DNA of 64,000 bases from Terriglobia bacterium. GTDB taxonomy: Bacteria; Acidobacteriota; Terriglobia; 20CM-2-55-15. Position numbers and translations under genes: made by a program. The stretch covers positions 64,001 through 128,000 of the forward strand of contig CBDCLE010000025.1 of the NCBI GenBank assembly GCA_965218585.1, written 5' to 3'. Positions 9,328-22,472 of the stretch are shown in pieces (positions within the stretch are counted from its first letter, which is position 1; every line of letters begins with the position of its first letter). The notes beneath the pieces are model-generated. The model saw only the letters and a list, made by a program, of their open reading frames with translations, made no database searches and was not told the DNA's origin.

Positions 9328-9744
9328 ATGATGAAAATAACTAAGCAAACTCCGATCTATTCGATCCGACCAAGAGAGGAATCCGTACGCGAGAGACTTC
9401 GAACAGAAGATCCCGATGTTTTCGTCGAGGATTGCGTGAATCGTTGTATTTCATTCATGCGTAGCGGAGTCGGTGAGATGAGTCTCAACGGCGAGGCCGT
9501 CCTGTATCTCGAAGACCACTTCAGGCCACGTTTTCGAAAAGCTTTCGAAAACGGCGGCGGTGCCCGATGGGACAAAGACTCCCGTTTTGTGTTTCACTGC
9601 TCCCGCATTCTGGGTCGTGTGGCTGCCCGCTTTGCCTCGGCTCGAGGTTCATCCACCGTCACAAAACAGGATATCGAGCAAGCTCGAGAGAAAGTCGTTG
9701 CCGAGAAGAGTCCAGGTCCCGGATCCTGGTGTGCGCCGTTCTAA
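9328..9744 (+). CDS. Hypothetical helical protein B (histone-fold-like C-terminal motif, GPGSWCAPF tail)
   Basis: GGAG at 9317-9320 precedes ATG 9328/9331; AARFASARGSSTVTKQDIEQA resembles histone alpha2-L2-alpha3. Confidence 0.75.
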   Translation: MMKITKQTPIYSIRPREESVRERLRTEDPDVFVEDCVNRCISFMRSGVGEMSLNGEAVLYLEDHFRPRFRKAFENGGGARWDKDSRFVFHCSRILGRVAARFASARGSSTVTKQDIEQAREKVVAEKSPGPGSWCAPF

Positions 9745-11272
9745 GGATTTCGAAATAAAGGAAACGTACTGATCCGTTTCTCGCCGTAGGCATTGCCATG
9801 GCCATTTCTCTCTGGGCGAGAGCGTGTCTTGCGCTTCTTAAAGTCGTTGGGGGAATCGCCGGGTTCTTCCTCGGCCAGACGCCCTTCACAGACACGAGTC
9901 CCGTCCCCACCATCCACCTGATCAATCTGGGTGTTTTTGGCGCGGCTGCGGCTCTGTTGATTTTCGTTGGGCCCAGAGATCGCAGAGCACAGCATCTGGG
10001 TACTGTCTTTCTTCTCTCCGCGTCCGCTTTTTCCGACGCGTCACTCATCCAACTTGGCTTTAGTGTTCCTGCATCTGTCGCGCCGGCTCTTACTTCGTTG
10101 GTGAATCTACAACCCTATGCGTTCTCACCATATTTTTTCTGGCTTTTTGTCCGCGATTTTCCAAGAGTGTCCTCGCTCAGCTGGGCGACTCAAGTACTTC
10201 GATCTGATATTCGCCTGTCTCTTGTTGCAGGCACTGCGCTGTTTCTGGCGAATGCATTGCTCCTGTTTCGATCGTTGTTACCGGACCTCGTTCTCACTAT
10301 ATTTCTCGCGTTCGATGGCACTGTATCGACGAGTCTCTACTGGGGAATTCTGTACGCACTGATTCTTGCAGCATTCCCTCTTGCGTTGTGGAAATGCAGG
10401 ACCGCACAAGGCGACGAACGATTCCGAGCCCAGCTCTTTATTGCAGGCTTTGCAATCGGAACCTGCCCCATCGTGATTGCGGTTCTTGTCGTGAGCCTGT
10501 TTTCTTCCCTGGAAGTGTTTCTGAATTCGACAAGCACATTAGGTGTTCCCATCTATGCGTTTCTGTTGTCCGTTCCCTTCACAACCGCTTATTCCGTTCT
10601 GGTCAATGAGGTTCTCGAAGTCAAGCTTATCGTTCGGAAGGCGCTCCGGTATGCTCTTGCCCGATACACCGTCATAGCGTTGACCGTGCTGCCTTTCGGA
10701 CTGCTCGTTTATCAGCTGCGCGACCGGACGATCGCACAGCTCTTTTCAGGTCCCCTTCCGCTCGGACTCATTGCAGCCACCGGACTCGGGCTGACGGCAT
10801 TGGCCGTACGTGAAAAAGTCTTGAAGTCTATCGACAGGCATTTTTTCAGGGAGGCTTACGATTCACCCCGGATACTCTCCCAATTCATGCAGAACTGGCA
10901 GTCCGCATCGAACGTTGAAGAATACAGTGCCGGATTCCTTGAGACTGCTGACAACCTGAACCTTGAATCTCTCGCGATACTGACGCTGGATCGCGCTAGG
11001 GGTGAGTTTCGATCCGCCCACGACGAGGTTCGCCCGCTTCCGGTCGGTTCATCCCTGTCCAGGTTTCTCCAGGGGAGCACCGATCCGGTAGACATCGACC
11101 TCAGCGATCCCGATTCGCCACTCCCTCCCTGACAACGGACGATCGCGACTGGCTTGCCCGTATTGGAGCGAATCTGCTCGTGCCACTGATCGGAACAGAT
11201 GGTTCCCTTTTGGGTCTTCTGAACCGCCCGGGTTTTCCGGAGACTCCATTTCTTGAGAGGATGGGAGTCATC

Positions 11273-12591
<1,319 letters not shown>

Positions 12592-13836
12592 TGAAGACAA
12601 TTGCGGCTTCGGAAGCGTTAATGATCGAAAACCGGTTTGTGCGACCTGTTTCTGCTGGAGAGGCCACGTCTCACGGGTTTGGCGCCGCAGACTCGGTTGA
12701 AGAAATGCCCGTCGGCGAGGTTGCCTTCGAATGCAGGCGCTGTGGCACTTTGCAGTCGGAACCAGCGTCTACCTGCGAATGCGGCGGCACATTCGAGCCC
12801 GCCTCTGTACCCAAGGTTATTCCGGACAAGTTCGAGTTCGAACGAAGACTCGGGTCCGGCGGCATGGGAGTTGTTTACAGCGCTATCGATCTGGCGCTTG
12901 GACGGCGTGTCGCCGTCAAGACGCTACCAAGAACTTCGCCTGAGGGTGCGCTGCTGCTTCGAAATGAGGGTCTTAAAGTGGCTGCACTCGAGCACCCAAA
13001 TCTGGCCACGATATTTATGGTGGAGACATGGTTCGGCACCCCAATGCTGATCTTTGAGTTTCTGGCCGGTGGCAGTCTTTTCGACAAGCTGAAGCTCGGC
13101 AATCGCTCGATAATGGAAACGATCCGCTTGGGAATCGTCCTTGCGGACGCATTGGAACGTGTACACGCTTCGAACATGCTGCATCGGGACATCAAGCCGG
13201 GCAACATCGGATACACGGGGGATGGTATTCCGAAGCTCTTGGATTTTGGATTAGCCCAAATCCTTGAAGACCGGCGCCGGAAAGGTTTGGTCCGTTCAGT
13301 TCAGCTAGGCGATCCAGAAGCGGCCGCGAAATCGACTCTGTCTACCCAGTCGATTTCGGTGACCCTTTCCAGTGCGCCATCCTTCCGCCTGGTTGGAACT
13401 CCCGCCTATTTCTCTCCGGAAACGCTCAAGAAAAAGGCCTCCGATCACGCATCACGTGACCTGTGGGCGCTCAACATAGTGCTCTATGAGGCGTTGACGG
13501 GCAAGAATCCGGTGAGAGGTGCCACCCTGCTCGAAACATTTGAGGTGATTTCGAAAGCGAGTATTCCCGACATCCGACAATTTCTTCCGGATTGTCCCAC
13601 AAGCCTCGCGATGTTCTTCACGGAGACGTTGGCCAAGGATACGCGCCAGCGTCCTTCCAGTGCAACGGCATTGCGCGAGCGCCTGGAACAACTCGAGAAA
13701 ACCCTGCCTGAGAACGGTTTGGCTGCCAGTCAGACCTGAGGGACGTTAGTGTGGCACTAATTGTGGGACAAACGGTCGATGCTGCATCGGATCATCTGCC
13801 TAACCAACATCCTAGTAATACGTGTAGTAATGCGAG

Positions 13837-13923
13837 CGGAGAGGGGGGGATTCGAACCCCCGGCACGGTTACCCGTGCAACTGCTTAGCAGGCAGCCCTG
13901 TTCGGCCACTCCAGCACCTCTCC
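13837..13923 (-). tRNA. tRNA-Ser(GCT)
   Basis: GGAGAGGTGCTGGAGTGGCCGAACAGGGCTGCCT-GCT-AAGCAGT, long variable arm, GGTTCGAATCC, acceptor end CCTCTCCG; CCA not encoded. Confidence 0.95.
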
Positions 13924-14041
13924 ATTGGCCTTCAACCGGCTTTCAACCAAGCGCGCCATTGCTGACACGTAGCGGAAAACCTGTCAATTATAGGAAACCC
14001 CTCCCCAAAAAACCACTGAAGGCGCTATCCTAAACACAGGT

Positions 14042-14494
14042 ATGGAATTTCGACTCGCACTATTTGTAGCGCTTGTCTTCGTGGTTCTCGTTTGGAACAC
14101 AGCCCTACTCTGGTTCATCCATCGGGCAGTGTCCCGATCGGTGGATCGAGCTGCGCGTTATCAGCACTATTCCTCTCAGTTGATCGTAGGACTTCGAGGC
14201 GCACTAGAAAAGGCCGAGGTCGCTTCGGGTAGAGCCACCGAATGGTCGGGACAACTCCGGGAGAGAGTGGCCGAAGCCAGTGGAAACGTAGACAGGATTG
14301 AAAACCTGCTCGGCTACGGCCTCGCAAAGATAGACTTCAACGTAGATCGCGTCTCGAGGGAAATCAACGATGGGGCGGATCGCATAAAAGCTGCGGTCTC
14401 CGAGCCGTTATTCCGAACGGGAACCGTCGTGCACGGGATCAAAGCTCTTCTCGACCTTCTTGCTTTGGGCAGGAAGGATCACCCCCGCAGCTAG
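14042..14494 (+). CDS. Hypothetical membrane-anchored coiled-coil protein
   Basis: N-terminal TM helix followed by amphipathic helices; fills the gap between the tRNA and galE. Confidence 0.6.
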   Translation: MEFRLALFVALVFVVLVWNTALLWFIHRAVSRSVDRAARYQHYSSQLIVGLRGALEKAEVASGRATEWSGQLRERVAEASGNVDRIENLLGYGLAKIDFNVDRVSREINDGADRIKAAVSEPLFRTGTVVHGIKALLDLLALGRKDHPRS

Positions 14495-15467
14495 ACTCTC
14501 TTTCTTTTCTTCAACCAGTTCCAGGCTGTCTCGATGATCGTTGGAACGTCGCTGTGCTTCGGGTCCCAACCGAGCAGTGTCCTTGCCTTGTCCGCCTTCG
14601 CAACAAGTCTCGGAGGGCCACCCTCCCGGCGCGGACCTTCCTCCACCCGAACGTCACGTCCCGTAACGTTCCGAGCAACATCGATCACTTCTCGAACCGA
14701 CGCACCCTTCCCGGTACCAAGATTCAACGCTTGAGACTCGATCGTCCCTTCCAAAAGCATACCCAAACCCGCAACGTGCGCCTCGGCCAGATCGGTGACG
14801 TGCACGTAGTCCCGGATACAGGTGCCGTCGGGCGTCGGATAGTCGGCCCCATGAATGATTACACGGCTGCGGAAGCCCGCAGTGGCCTCCAGCACCAGGG
14901 GGATCAAGTGCGTCTCTGGTTCGTGATCTTCCCCCAAGCCCCATCGGGATCGGCACCGGCCGCATTGAAATAACGGAGGGAAAGATGCCGGACACCATGG
15001 GCGGAACCAACCGATGACATCGCTTTCTCAAAAGCCAGCTTGGTTTCGCCGTAGGGATTGACGGGATTCTGAGGATGCTCTTCCGCGATCAATTCCGTCT
15101 CAGGCACGCCGTACGTTGCGCACGTCGAAGAAAAGACCAGCGGCTCCACTCCCGAATCGGCCATCGTGCGAAGCAGGTTCATCCCTCCACCGACATTTAT
15201 TTCGTGATAAAGATCCGGGTGCTCGTGGGACTCTGCCACCAGGGCCTTTCCTGCAAAGTGCAGGACGCCCTCAATCGGGTTCTCGGAAAACACGTTCTCC
15301 AGGTCTTCCAGGCGGCGAATATCTCCTTCGACAAACCGAACGTCGCCGACGAAATCTCGATGTCCGGTCGAAAAATCGTCGAAGACCAGGGTTTCGAATC
15401 CGTGGCGTTCCAGGGCCTGGACAGTGTGCCGGCCGATGTAGCCGGCTCCACCCGTAACGAGGATCAC
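14491..15467 (-). CDS. galE: UDP-glucose 4-epimerase, frameshifted at ~14940 (probable indel error)
   Basis: [29 protein letters not shown], then [12 protein letters not shown] and [15 protein letters not shown] in a second frame. Confidence 0.9.
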
Positions 15468-16414
15468 GAATTCAACTCCTGCCGGAAGTAATCGATGGTC
15501 AATCCGAGACCTTGATCAATGTTCGTTCGAGGTTTCCAGTCCAGGTACTGTCGGGCCCGGCTGATATCGGGGCACCGGACCTTGGGATCGTCAGTGGGCA
15601 GGTCCGTACGAACAATTCGGCCTGAACTGCCGGTAAGTTCCAAAACCTTGGTGGCAAGCTCGGCGACTGTCCGTTCTTCCGGATTCCCTATGTTGAACGG
15701 CATCCCGATGTTTTCCGACGGAGTCGCCTCGGCGAGACGCAGAATTCCCTCTATCGTGTCGGAAACGTAGGAAAAACTGCGGGTCTGTTCGCCATCTCCG
15801 TAGACGGTCAGAGGCTCGCCGTTGAGGGCCTGGACGATGAAGTTTGACACGACACGCCCGTCCGATGCTCGCATCCGGGGACCATATGTATTGAAGATGC
15901 GAGCAATACGTGTGTCCAGTTCGTGATAACGGCGGTAAGCCACGGTCATGGCTTCGGCGAAACGTTTTGCCTCGTCATAAACACCGCGTGGCCCTATAGG
16001 ATTGACGTTTCCCCAATATTCTTCGTCCTGGGGATTGGTTAGCGGATCACCATAGACCTCCGACGTACTGGCGAGAACGAAACGGGCTCTCTTCGCCATT
16101 GCAAGCCCCAAGGCCTTGTGCGTCCCGAGGGAACCGACTTTGAGAGTCTGAATCGGCATCTCCAGATAGTCTTTTGGAGATGCTGGCGAGGCGAAGTGAA
16201 GGACGAGGTCGACGGTTCCCGTAACCTTGATGAATTCGGTCACGTCGTGTTCGACAAATAGAAATCCGGAATTCCCTTCCAGATGCTGGATATTGCGTGT
16301 GCTGCCGGTAAGCAGGTTATCGAAACAGACCACTTCATAACCACCGTCCAGCAGGCGCTCGCACAAGTGGCTTCCGAGAAATCCGGCGCCACCGGTGACC
16401 ACGGCACGTTTCAT
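15464..16414 (-). CDS. UDP-glucuronate decarboxylase (UDP-xylose synthase)-like SDR
   Basis: [52 protein letters not shown]. Confidence 0.9.
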   Translation of the reverse strand: MKRAVVTGGAGFLGSHLCERLLDGGYEVVCFDNLLTGSTRNIQHLEGNSGFLFVEHDVTEFIKVTGTVDLVLHFASPASPKDYLEMPIQTLKVGSLGTHKALGLAMAKRARFVLASTSEVYGDPLTNPQDEEYWGNVNPIGPRGVYDEAKRFAEAMTVAYRRYHELDTRIARIFNTYGPRMRASDGRVVSNFIVQALNGEPLTVYGDGEQTRSFSYVSDTIEGILRLAEATPSENIGMPFNIGNPEERTVAELATKVLELTGSSGRIVRTDLPTDDPKVRCPDISRARQYLDWKPRTNIDQGLGLTIDYFRQELNS

Positions 16415-17718
16415 CCAGCCTGAGACCTGCCGATACCGTAGTAGGTGAACCCCATCTCGCTGATCTGTTTCGGGTTGTAGACGTTACGGCCATCGAAGAT
16501 GACCAGTTGACGCATCTCCGATTTCATCCGGTCGAAGTCCGGGTTGCGGAAAACCTGCCATTCGGTAATCAGCAGGACTGCGTCGGAGCCAGGAAGACAT
16601 CCGTAATTGGTGTCTGCAAACCTGACTCGGGATCCGAAGACCTTTCGTGTCTCCTCCATCGCTTCCGGATCGTAAGCAACGACAGTGGCTCCAGCCTCCA
16701 GGAGTCCTTCGACAATGTCGATTGCGGGTGACTCCCTGATGTCATTCGTTCGCGGTTTGAAAGAAAGCCCCCACACGGCAATCTGTTTCCCGGCCATATC
16801 TCCCTCAAAATGAGTGAACACTTTCTTGAGGAACCGCTCACGCTGATGGGCATTGACACGCGCAACTGCTTCCACGATCCGGAGCGGATAGTCATGACGG
16901 CGACCGGTCGCGATCAAAGCTTCGACGTCCTTGGGAAAACAACTCCCGCCAAAGCCAACACCCGCAAACAGAAATGACGATCCGATTCGCCGGTCCAGAC
17001 CCATCCCGCGCCGGACCGTATCGATGTCCGCGCCCAGATACTCGCAAAGGTTCGCAATCTCATTCATGAACGAGACGCGGGTCGCCAGATAGGCGTTGGA
17101 GGCGTACTTGGTCATCTCGGCCGTCCGTATGTCAGTGACGAGGACCGGACTTCCCGTACGAACGAAGGGTGCGTACAGTTCTCGAACAGCTTCAGCTGCT
17201 TTTTCATCCTCCGCTCCGAGAATGACACGATCAGGTTTCAGAAAATCTTCGACAGCAGCTCCTTCTTTCATGAACTCCGGGTTCGAGATGACGTCAAACG
17301 GTTGGTCCGTCTCGACGCGGATGATGTCCCGGAGCTGTTCGGTCAGGCCAACGGGAACTGTCGACTTCACCACAATCACCTTGAAATCCTTCATCGACTG
17401 TCCGATTCCAGCAGCTACCTTACGGACAGCGGTAAGATCGATATCGCCCCCGACCTGAGGCGTCCCAACGGCAATAAACAATACAAAGGATTTCTTAACG
17501 GCTGCGGCCAGATCCGTCGTGAAACTGAGGCGCCCCTCGGCAAGATTCCGTTGAACAAGTTCGCCGAGGCCTGGCTCGTAAATAGAGGTCTTGCCTTTCG
17601 ACAAGGCCTTGACCTTATCCTCGTCGCTATCCACACAAATGACGTCGTTGCCGCTTTCCGCGAAGCAACTACTCGCAACCAGACCGACATACCCCGCACC
17701 GATAATCGCGATATTCAT
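16411..17718 (-). CDS. ugd: UDP-glucose 6-dehydrogenase
   Basis: [42 protein letters not shown]. Confidence 0.95.
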   Translation of the reverse strand: MNIAIIGAGYVGLVASSCFAESGNDVICVDSDEDKVKALSKGKTSIYEPGLGELVQRNLAEGRLSFTTDLAAAVKKSFVLFIAVGTPQVGGDIDLTAVRKVAAGIGQSMKDFKVIVVKSTVPVGLTEQLRDIIRVETDQPFDVISNPEFMKEGAAVEDFLKPDRVILGAEDEKAAEAVRELYAPFVRTGSPVLVTDIRTAEMTKYASNAYLATRVSFMNEIANLCEYLGADIDTVRRGMGLDRRIGSSFLFAGVGFGGSCFPKDVEALIATGRRHDYPLRIVEAVARVNAHQRERFLKKVFTHFEGDMAGKQIAVWGLSFKPRTNDIRESPAIDIVEGLLEAGATVVAYDPEAMEETRKVFGSRVRFADTNYGCLPGSDAVLLITEWQVFRNPDFDRMKSEMRQLVIFDGRNVYNPKQISEMGFTYYGIGRSQAG

Positions 17719-17721
17719 CGC

Positions 17722-18033
17722 TCACTCCAGGTAGTCATCAATAGAAGTCCCGGTTTTTGTCAGAAAAGTGTTGGCCAGAGACGGTATTCCGCCTATGTCC
17801 TCGTCCAGCATGATCTTTTCGACTCGATGCAAAGGAAAGAATATCGTTGTGGGCCTGACACCGCTCTCTTCCTCGGTCGAGATGTCATTCATCCAATCGT
17901 CGAACGATCTCAAGTCAAGACCGCGGAGTGTGACACCCGGTGTCCCGATCTCGATCAAGAGATCCACAAAGCGCTCCATTGGGCTTTGAAGGTTGACGAT
18001 GACAACTTTGTTCGTCTGCATCTCGTTATCCAA
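17722..18033 (-). CDS. Hypothetical protein
   Basis: 103 aa ORF tightly packed between trpA and ugd on the same strand. Confidence 0.7.
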   Translation of the reverse strand: MDNEMQTNKVVIVNLQSPMERFVDLLIEIGTPGVTLRGLDLRSFDDWMNDISTEEESGVRPTTIFFPLHRVEKIMLDEDIGGIPSLANTFLTKTGTSIDDYLE

Positions 18034-18044
18034 ACCCGCATTCC

Positions 18045-18860
18045 TTACCTAGGTTCGGACTTCCCTTCGAGCTTCTCATCCCGCATCCAACGAATCAATT
18101 CTCCGACCCTCTCGGCCATGTCCGCCTGACCGAGACACTCCTCAATCTGTTTAACGATAGCACTACCTACGATTGCGCCTTCGGCTTCCTTCCAGACGGC
18201 CCGGACATGTTCGGGCCGCGAGATACCAAATCCGACCGCAATTGGATTTTCAGTCTGTTCTCTGAGGTGTCGGAGAAAATCGACGAGGTCGTCCGGTAAC
18301 TCGCTGGCTTCACCTGTAACACCTGTACGCGAGACAGCGTAAAGGAAGCCTGTCGACGTGCGGGCGATCTTTTCTATTCTTTCAGCCGAACTCGTGGGGG
18401 CAACGAGAAACACCGAATTGAGACCCGCCGCACTCATCGTGTCTACGAACGGCCCTGATTCTTCAACCGTCAGATCACTCGCCAGAATGCCATCCAGACC
18501 AATGTCTGCTGCCCTGCGGGCAAGTTCTTCGAGGCCATGGTTCAACAGGGGATTGTAGTAGCTGAACAACAACAGCGGCATTTCGGACGATGCCCTGATC
18601 TTGCTGACCAGGTCAAGAATTCCAAGCAGTGAAGTCCCGGACTCCAGGGCTCTTTCTGTGGCTCTCTGGATGACCGGCCCGTCTGCAATGGGATCGGAGA
18701 ACGGAACGCCCAACTCGACAATGTCGGCTCCCGCATCCTCCATGGCGAGGACGATTTCGTGCGTCGCATCGAGGTCGGGATCGCCGGCGGTCAAGAAAGG
18801 AATAAAAGCCTTCTTCCCCTCTGAACCTAGCTGTTCGAACTTATTATCGATCCGGCTCAC
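18045..18860 (-). CDS. trpA: Tryptophan synthase alpha chain
   Basis: [35 protein letters not shown]. Confidence 0.97.
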   Translation of the reverse strand: MSRIDNKFEQLGSEGKKAFIPFLTAGDPDLDATHEIVLAMEDAGADIVELGVPFSDPIADGPVIQRATERALESGTSLLGILDLVSKIRASSEMPLLLFSYYNPLLNHGLEELARRAADIGLDGILASDLTVEESGPFVDTMSAAGLNSVFLVAPTSSAERIEKIARTSTGFLYAVSRTGVTGEASELPDDLVDFLRHLREQTENPIAVGFGISRPEHVRAVWKEAEGAIVGSAIVKQIEECLGQADMAERVGELIRWMRDEKLEGKSEPR

Positions 18861-20038
18861 TCCGGTCTTTCCTTTTCGAGGCGGGCGACCTCTGTAACAT
18901 CCTTGTCGCCGCGACCCGACAGATTCAGAATCGTGACGTCATTAGGCCCAAGATCCGCCTTTTTCATATACGCCACTGCATGCGCACTCTCCAGCGCCGG
19001 TATGATGCCCTCCAATCGGCTCAGCTCATGAAAGCCCTCGAGGGCTTTCGTGTCATTGACGGAGGCGTAGGTAACCCTCCCGGATTCGTGTAGCTCTGCA
19101 TGCTCCGGGCCGACGGACGGGTAATCGAGGCCGGCTGAGACGGAATGTGTGGGTACAATCTGCCCATCGTCGTCCTGAAGAATATAGGAGTAAGTTCCGT
19201 GTAACACACCGGGACGGCCTCCGGAAAAGCGAGCGGCATGTTCCCCCAGCGTCGTACTATGTCCACCGGCTTCAACACCCACCATCCGAACGTCAGATTC
19301 TGCGAGGAAGGGATAGAACAGCCCAATTGAGTTGGAACCGCCTCCCACGCAGGCGACCAGCAAATCCGGTAAGCGTCCTTCCTGCGCGATGATCTGCACA
19401 CGTGCCTCCCGTCCGATGACCGACTGGAAATCGCGAACCATCTCCGGATAGGGATGGGGTCCCAGGACTGATCCCAGCATGTAGTAGGTCGTTCGAACGT
19501 TGGTCACCCAGTCGCGCATGGACTCATTGATCGCATCCTTCAATGTACGGCTCCCGGACCCGACCGGCAGTACCCGGGCGCCCAGAAGCTTCATCCGGAA
19601 GACGTTGAGTTCTTGGCGTCGAATATCCTCTTCCCCCATGTAGACGTCGCACTCCAGACCCAGAAGCGCACAGACAGTGGCTGTCGCAACGCCATGCTGT
19701 CCCGCGCCAGTCTCAGCGATGATCCGCTTCTTTCCCATCCTCTCGGCCAGCAGGGCCTGCCCCAGGCAGTTATTGATCTTGTGCGCACCCGTATGGTTCA
19801 GGTCTTCCCTCTTAAGGTAGATCTTCCCTTTCCCTAAGGCTTCGCTCAGTCGTTTCGCGAAATAGAGGGGTGTCGGCCGACCCGAATAATGACGGAAGAG
19901 CTCGTCGAGTTGAACCTCAAAAGATGAATCATCCTTAGCCTGCCGGTATGCCTCCTCCAGTTCCTCGAGCGGATGCATCAAGGTTTCCGGAACAAACTGG
20001 CCGCCGTACGGTCCGTAATGACCTTTCCTTTTCGACAT
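18857..20038 (-). CDS. trpB: Tryptophan synthase beta chain
   Basis: [38 protein letters not shown]. Confidence 0.98.
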   Translation of the reverse strand: MSKRKGHYGPYGGQFVPETLMHPLEELEEAYRQAKDDSSFEVQLDELFRHYSGRPTPLYFAKRLSEALGKGKIYLKREDLNHTGAHKINNCLGQALLAERMGKKRIIAETGAGQHGVATATVCALLGLECDVYMGEEDIRRQELNVFRMKLLGARVLPVGSGSRTLKDAINESMRDWVTNVRTTYYMLGSVLGPHPYPEMVRDFQSVIGREARVQIIAQEGRLPDLLVACVGGGSNSIGLFYPFLAESDVRMVGVEAGGHSTTLGEHAARFSGGRPGVLHGTYSYILQDDDGQIVPTHSVSAGLDYPSVGPEHAELHESGRVTYASVNDTKALEGFHELSRLEGIIPALESAHAVAYMKKADLGPNDVTILNLSGRGDKDVTEVARLEKERPE

Positions 20039-20047
20039 TTCGATTTC

Positions 20048-20674
20048 CTATTCGGAATCCGCTCTCTGAACCGCCTCGATGAAACGGCGCATTGATTCGT
20101 AGCTCTTCTTCCCGGGCGATTCCTCAACGCCACTGGCAACGTCAACGGCAAACGGATGCAACTCGGCAATAGCATCACCGACGTTTTCCGGTTTCAAGCC
20201 GCCAGCCAGGACGATCTGGCCGAAAGCGTTCGCTCCAGCAGCCAGGGACCATTCAAAAGACTCTCCGGTTCCCCCCGATCCTTTCTTGCTGTAAGCGTCT
20301 AACAAGAAACCGGAGACCGGATACTGTTTCAGGCTTTCCACTCGAAACTGTTCGTTCACTCTGACCGCCTTAATCACCTTTACCCTGTTGATCATCGAAC
20401 AATAATCCGGGGATTCCCTGCCGTGTAACTGAACGGCATCCAGGCGGATCGAAAGCGCAAAATCCTCCAAAGCTTGAGGATCGCCGTAGTTCACAAACAC
20501 ACCAACCGCAGCGACAAACGGCGGCAACGCATCGATAATTCTGGAAGCTCTCTCGGCCGTGATTTTTCTCGAACTTTCTGCCGAGAAGTTCAACCCGACG
20601 GCGGATGCACCCAAAAGCGCTGCATTACGGGCATCTTCAACGTCAGTAACGCCACAGATCTTGACCCGGGTCAC
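20048..20674 (-). CDS. trpF: Phosphoribosylanthranilate isomerase
   Basis: VKICGVT, VQLHG, GGTG, LAGGL, VDVASGVE. Confidence 0.96.
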   Translation of the reverse strand: MTRVKICGVTDVEDARNAALLGASAVGLNFSAESSRKITAERASRIIDALPPFVAAVGVFVNYGDPQALEDFALSIRLDAVQLHGRESPDYCSMINRVKVIKAVRVNEQFRVESLKQYPVSGFLLDAYSKKGSGGTGESFEWSLAAGANAFGQIVLAGGLKPENVGDAIAELHPFAVDVASGVEESPGKKSYESMRRFIEAVQRADSE

Positions 20675-21462
20675 AGCAACTCCTTCAACGCCGCTCCGGG
20701 ATCTTTTGAACGGACCAGCCTCTCACCGATCAGAAACGCATCCGCGCCTGCCTCGCCCAACTGCTGGACATCGGTCTTCTTGTGGATGCCGCTTTCTGCG
20801 ACAAACAGAACACCATCCGGAATCAGCTCACCGAGACGAATTCCTGTCTGGAGGCTGACTTCAAAGGTCTTCAGATCCCTGTTGTTGACTCCGATGATTG
20901 AAGCTCCCGCCTCGAGCGCTTCGGCAAGCTCAACCTCGTCGTGAACTTCGACGAGCGCATCCAGCCCGAACTCCCCGCAGCTTTCCAGGAGACGAACAAG
21001 CTCGCCCGTTTCCAGCATCGCAACGATCAACAGGGCCGCACTGGCGCCTGCAGCTCTAGTTTCAGCCAACTGATACGCGTCGAAGATGAAATCCTTCCTC
21101 AGTACGGGTAACCCTGAACTCCGGGCAGCGAGACCCACCCAGGCCAGACTTCCCTTGAAGAAGTCTTCTTCAGTAACGACGGATATAGCCGAGGCACCAG
21201 ACCGGGCGTAGGTTCCGGCCAAGGCCGCAACGTCCAGGTCGGCAATCAAGACCCCGGCGGACGGTGACGCTTTCTTAACTTCCGCTATGATCCGTGTTCT
21301 TCCATCCGCCTCAAGAGCGTTTCGGAAAGACGGGACCGGGGCGGCCGTTGCCGCCATCTTCCGTACGATGGCTTCCGGTGCACGCAACTCGGAATCCTTA
21401 ACACGTTTGCGCTTAGCCTTCAGGATCCGGGCTAAGACATGCGTTTCGGCGAGTTTCTTCAT
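20671..21462 (-). CDS. trpC: Indole-3-glycerol phosphate synthase
   Basis: IAEVKKASPS, LRKDF, GVNNRDL, AESGI. Confidence 0.96.
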   Translation of the reverse strand: MKKLAETHVLARILKAKRKRVKDSELRAPEAIVRKMAATAAPVPSFRNALEADGRTRIIAEVKKASPSAGVLIADLDVAALAGTYARSGASAISVVTEEDFFKGSLAWVGLAARSSGLPVLRKDFIFDAYQLAETRAAGASAALLIVAMLETGELVRLLESCGEFGLDALVEVHDEVELAEALEAGASIIGVNNRDLKTFEVSLQTGIRLGELIPDGVLFVAESGIHKKTDVQQLGEAGADAFLIGERLVRSKDPGAALKELL

Positions 21463-22472
21463 GATGCCGACAAGGCCTGAAGTGCTTCGAGCTTCCCCAG
21501 CGCGTTTCCCGAATCAATCGCGTCCGCTCCAACTGCGAAGCCCGATTTCAGATCTTTAGCCAAACCCGCAGCGGTAATCGCCGCGGCCGCATTCAGTAAG
21601 ACCGCATCTCGGTGGGGACCCTTCGCGCCTCGGAGCACCTCGCGGACTATACCGGCATTGGTCTGGGCGTCGCCTCCCCGGATCGCCTCGAGCGAAGACC
21701 TCTCTACACCCAGATCCTCGGGCTGAAGGACAAAACTATTCAGCTTCCCGTCATGGCACTCGACGATACGCGTCGGGGCAGCGATCGAAATCTCGTCCAC
21801 ACCGTCTGTCCCGTGAACGACGAACGCGTGAGTCACCCCCAGGCGACTAGCTGCGTTAGCCATAAGATCCAGTATGTTGTCAGAATTGACACCAATGACC
21901 TGAAATCGTGCTGCAGCAGGGTTGGCCAGCGGACCGAGAATGTTAAACACCGTACGCACCTTGATTTCGGACCTGACGGGCATGACGTACTTCATAGAAC
22001 GATGGAATGCCTGTGCGAAGAAGAAGCCGATACCAATCTCCTTCAACGCCTTCCGTAGCTTCTCGACGGGCATCTGAATATCGACGTCCAGAGCTTCCAT
22101 GACATCCGCGCTCCCTGAACGACTGCTGATAGACCGGTTTCCGTGTTTAGCTACCGAAGCTCCGGCTCCGGCCGCCACGAAAGCAGCTGCCGTGGAAATA
22201 TTGAACGTTCCTGACCTGTCTCCACCCGTGCCCGCTGTATCGAGAGTTTCGAGCGGTTCACCTTCCCAGACGGGCGTTGCCTTTTCCCGCATGACGCGGG
22301 CAAACCCCACAAGCTCTTCAAGCGTCTCGCCTTTCATTCGAAGCGCCGTCAAAAAGGCTGCAACCTGCGCGGAGGTCGATTGTCCAGTCATGATTTCGTT
22401 CATGACTTCGCGGGCCTCATCCTCACTCAGATCGATGCCTTCGGTTAACCGCACGATGACGTCGGTGATCAT
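21459..22472 (-). CDS. trpD: Anthranilate phosphoribosyltransferase
   Basis: GTGGD, FNISTA, KHGNR, SGSAD, FNILGPLANP. Confidence 0.97.
   Translation of the reverse strand: MITDVIVRLTEGIDLSEDEAREVMNEIMTGQSTSAQVAAFLTALRMKGETLEELVGFARVMREKATPVWEGEPLETLDTAGTGGDRSGTFNISTAAAFVAAGAGASVAKHGNRSISSRSGSADVMEALDVDIQMPVEKLRKALKEIGIGFFFAQAFHRSMKYVMPVRSEIKVRTVFNILGPLANPAAARFQVIGVNSDNILDLMANAASRLGVTHAFVVHGTDGVDEISIAAPTRIVECHDGKLNSFVLQPEDLGVERSSLEAIRGGDAQTNAGIVREVLRGAKGPHRDAVLLNAAAAITAAGLAKDLKSGFAVGADAIDSGNALGKLEALQALSAS

Noticed and set aside
9323-9331. Selenocysteine or readthrough at the TGA ending protein A
   Set aside because: A second TGA follows two codons later, no SECIS-like hairpin is evident, and the region doubles as the RBS/start of gene B.
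11180-11272. N-terminal extension of IS OrfA in the ORF track
   Set aside because: It is the interrupted kinase frame running into the IS left end; OrfA starts at 11273.
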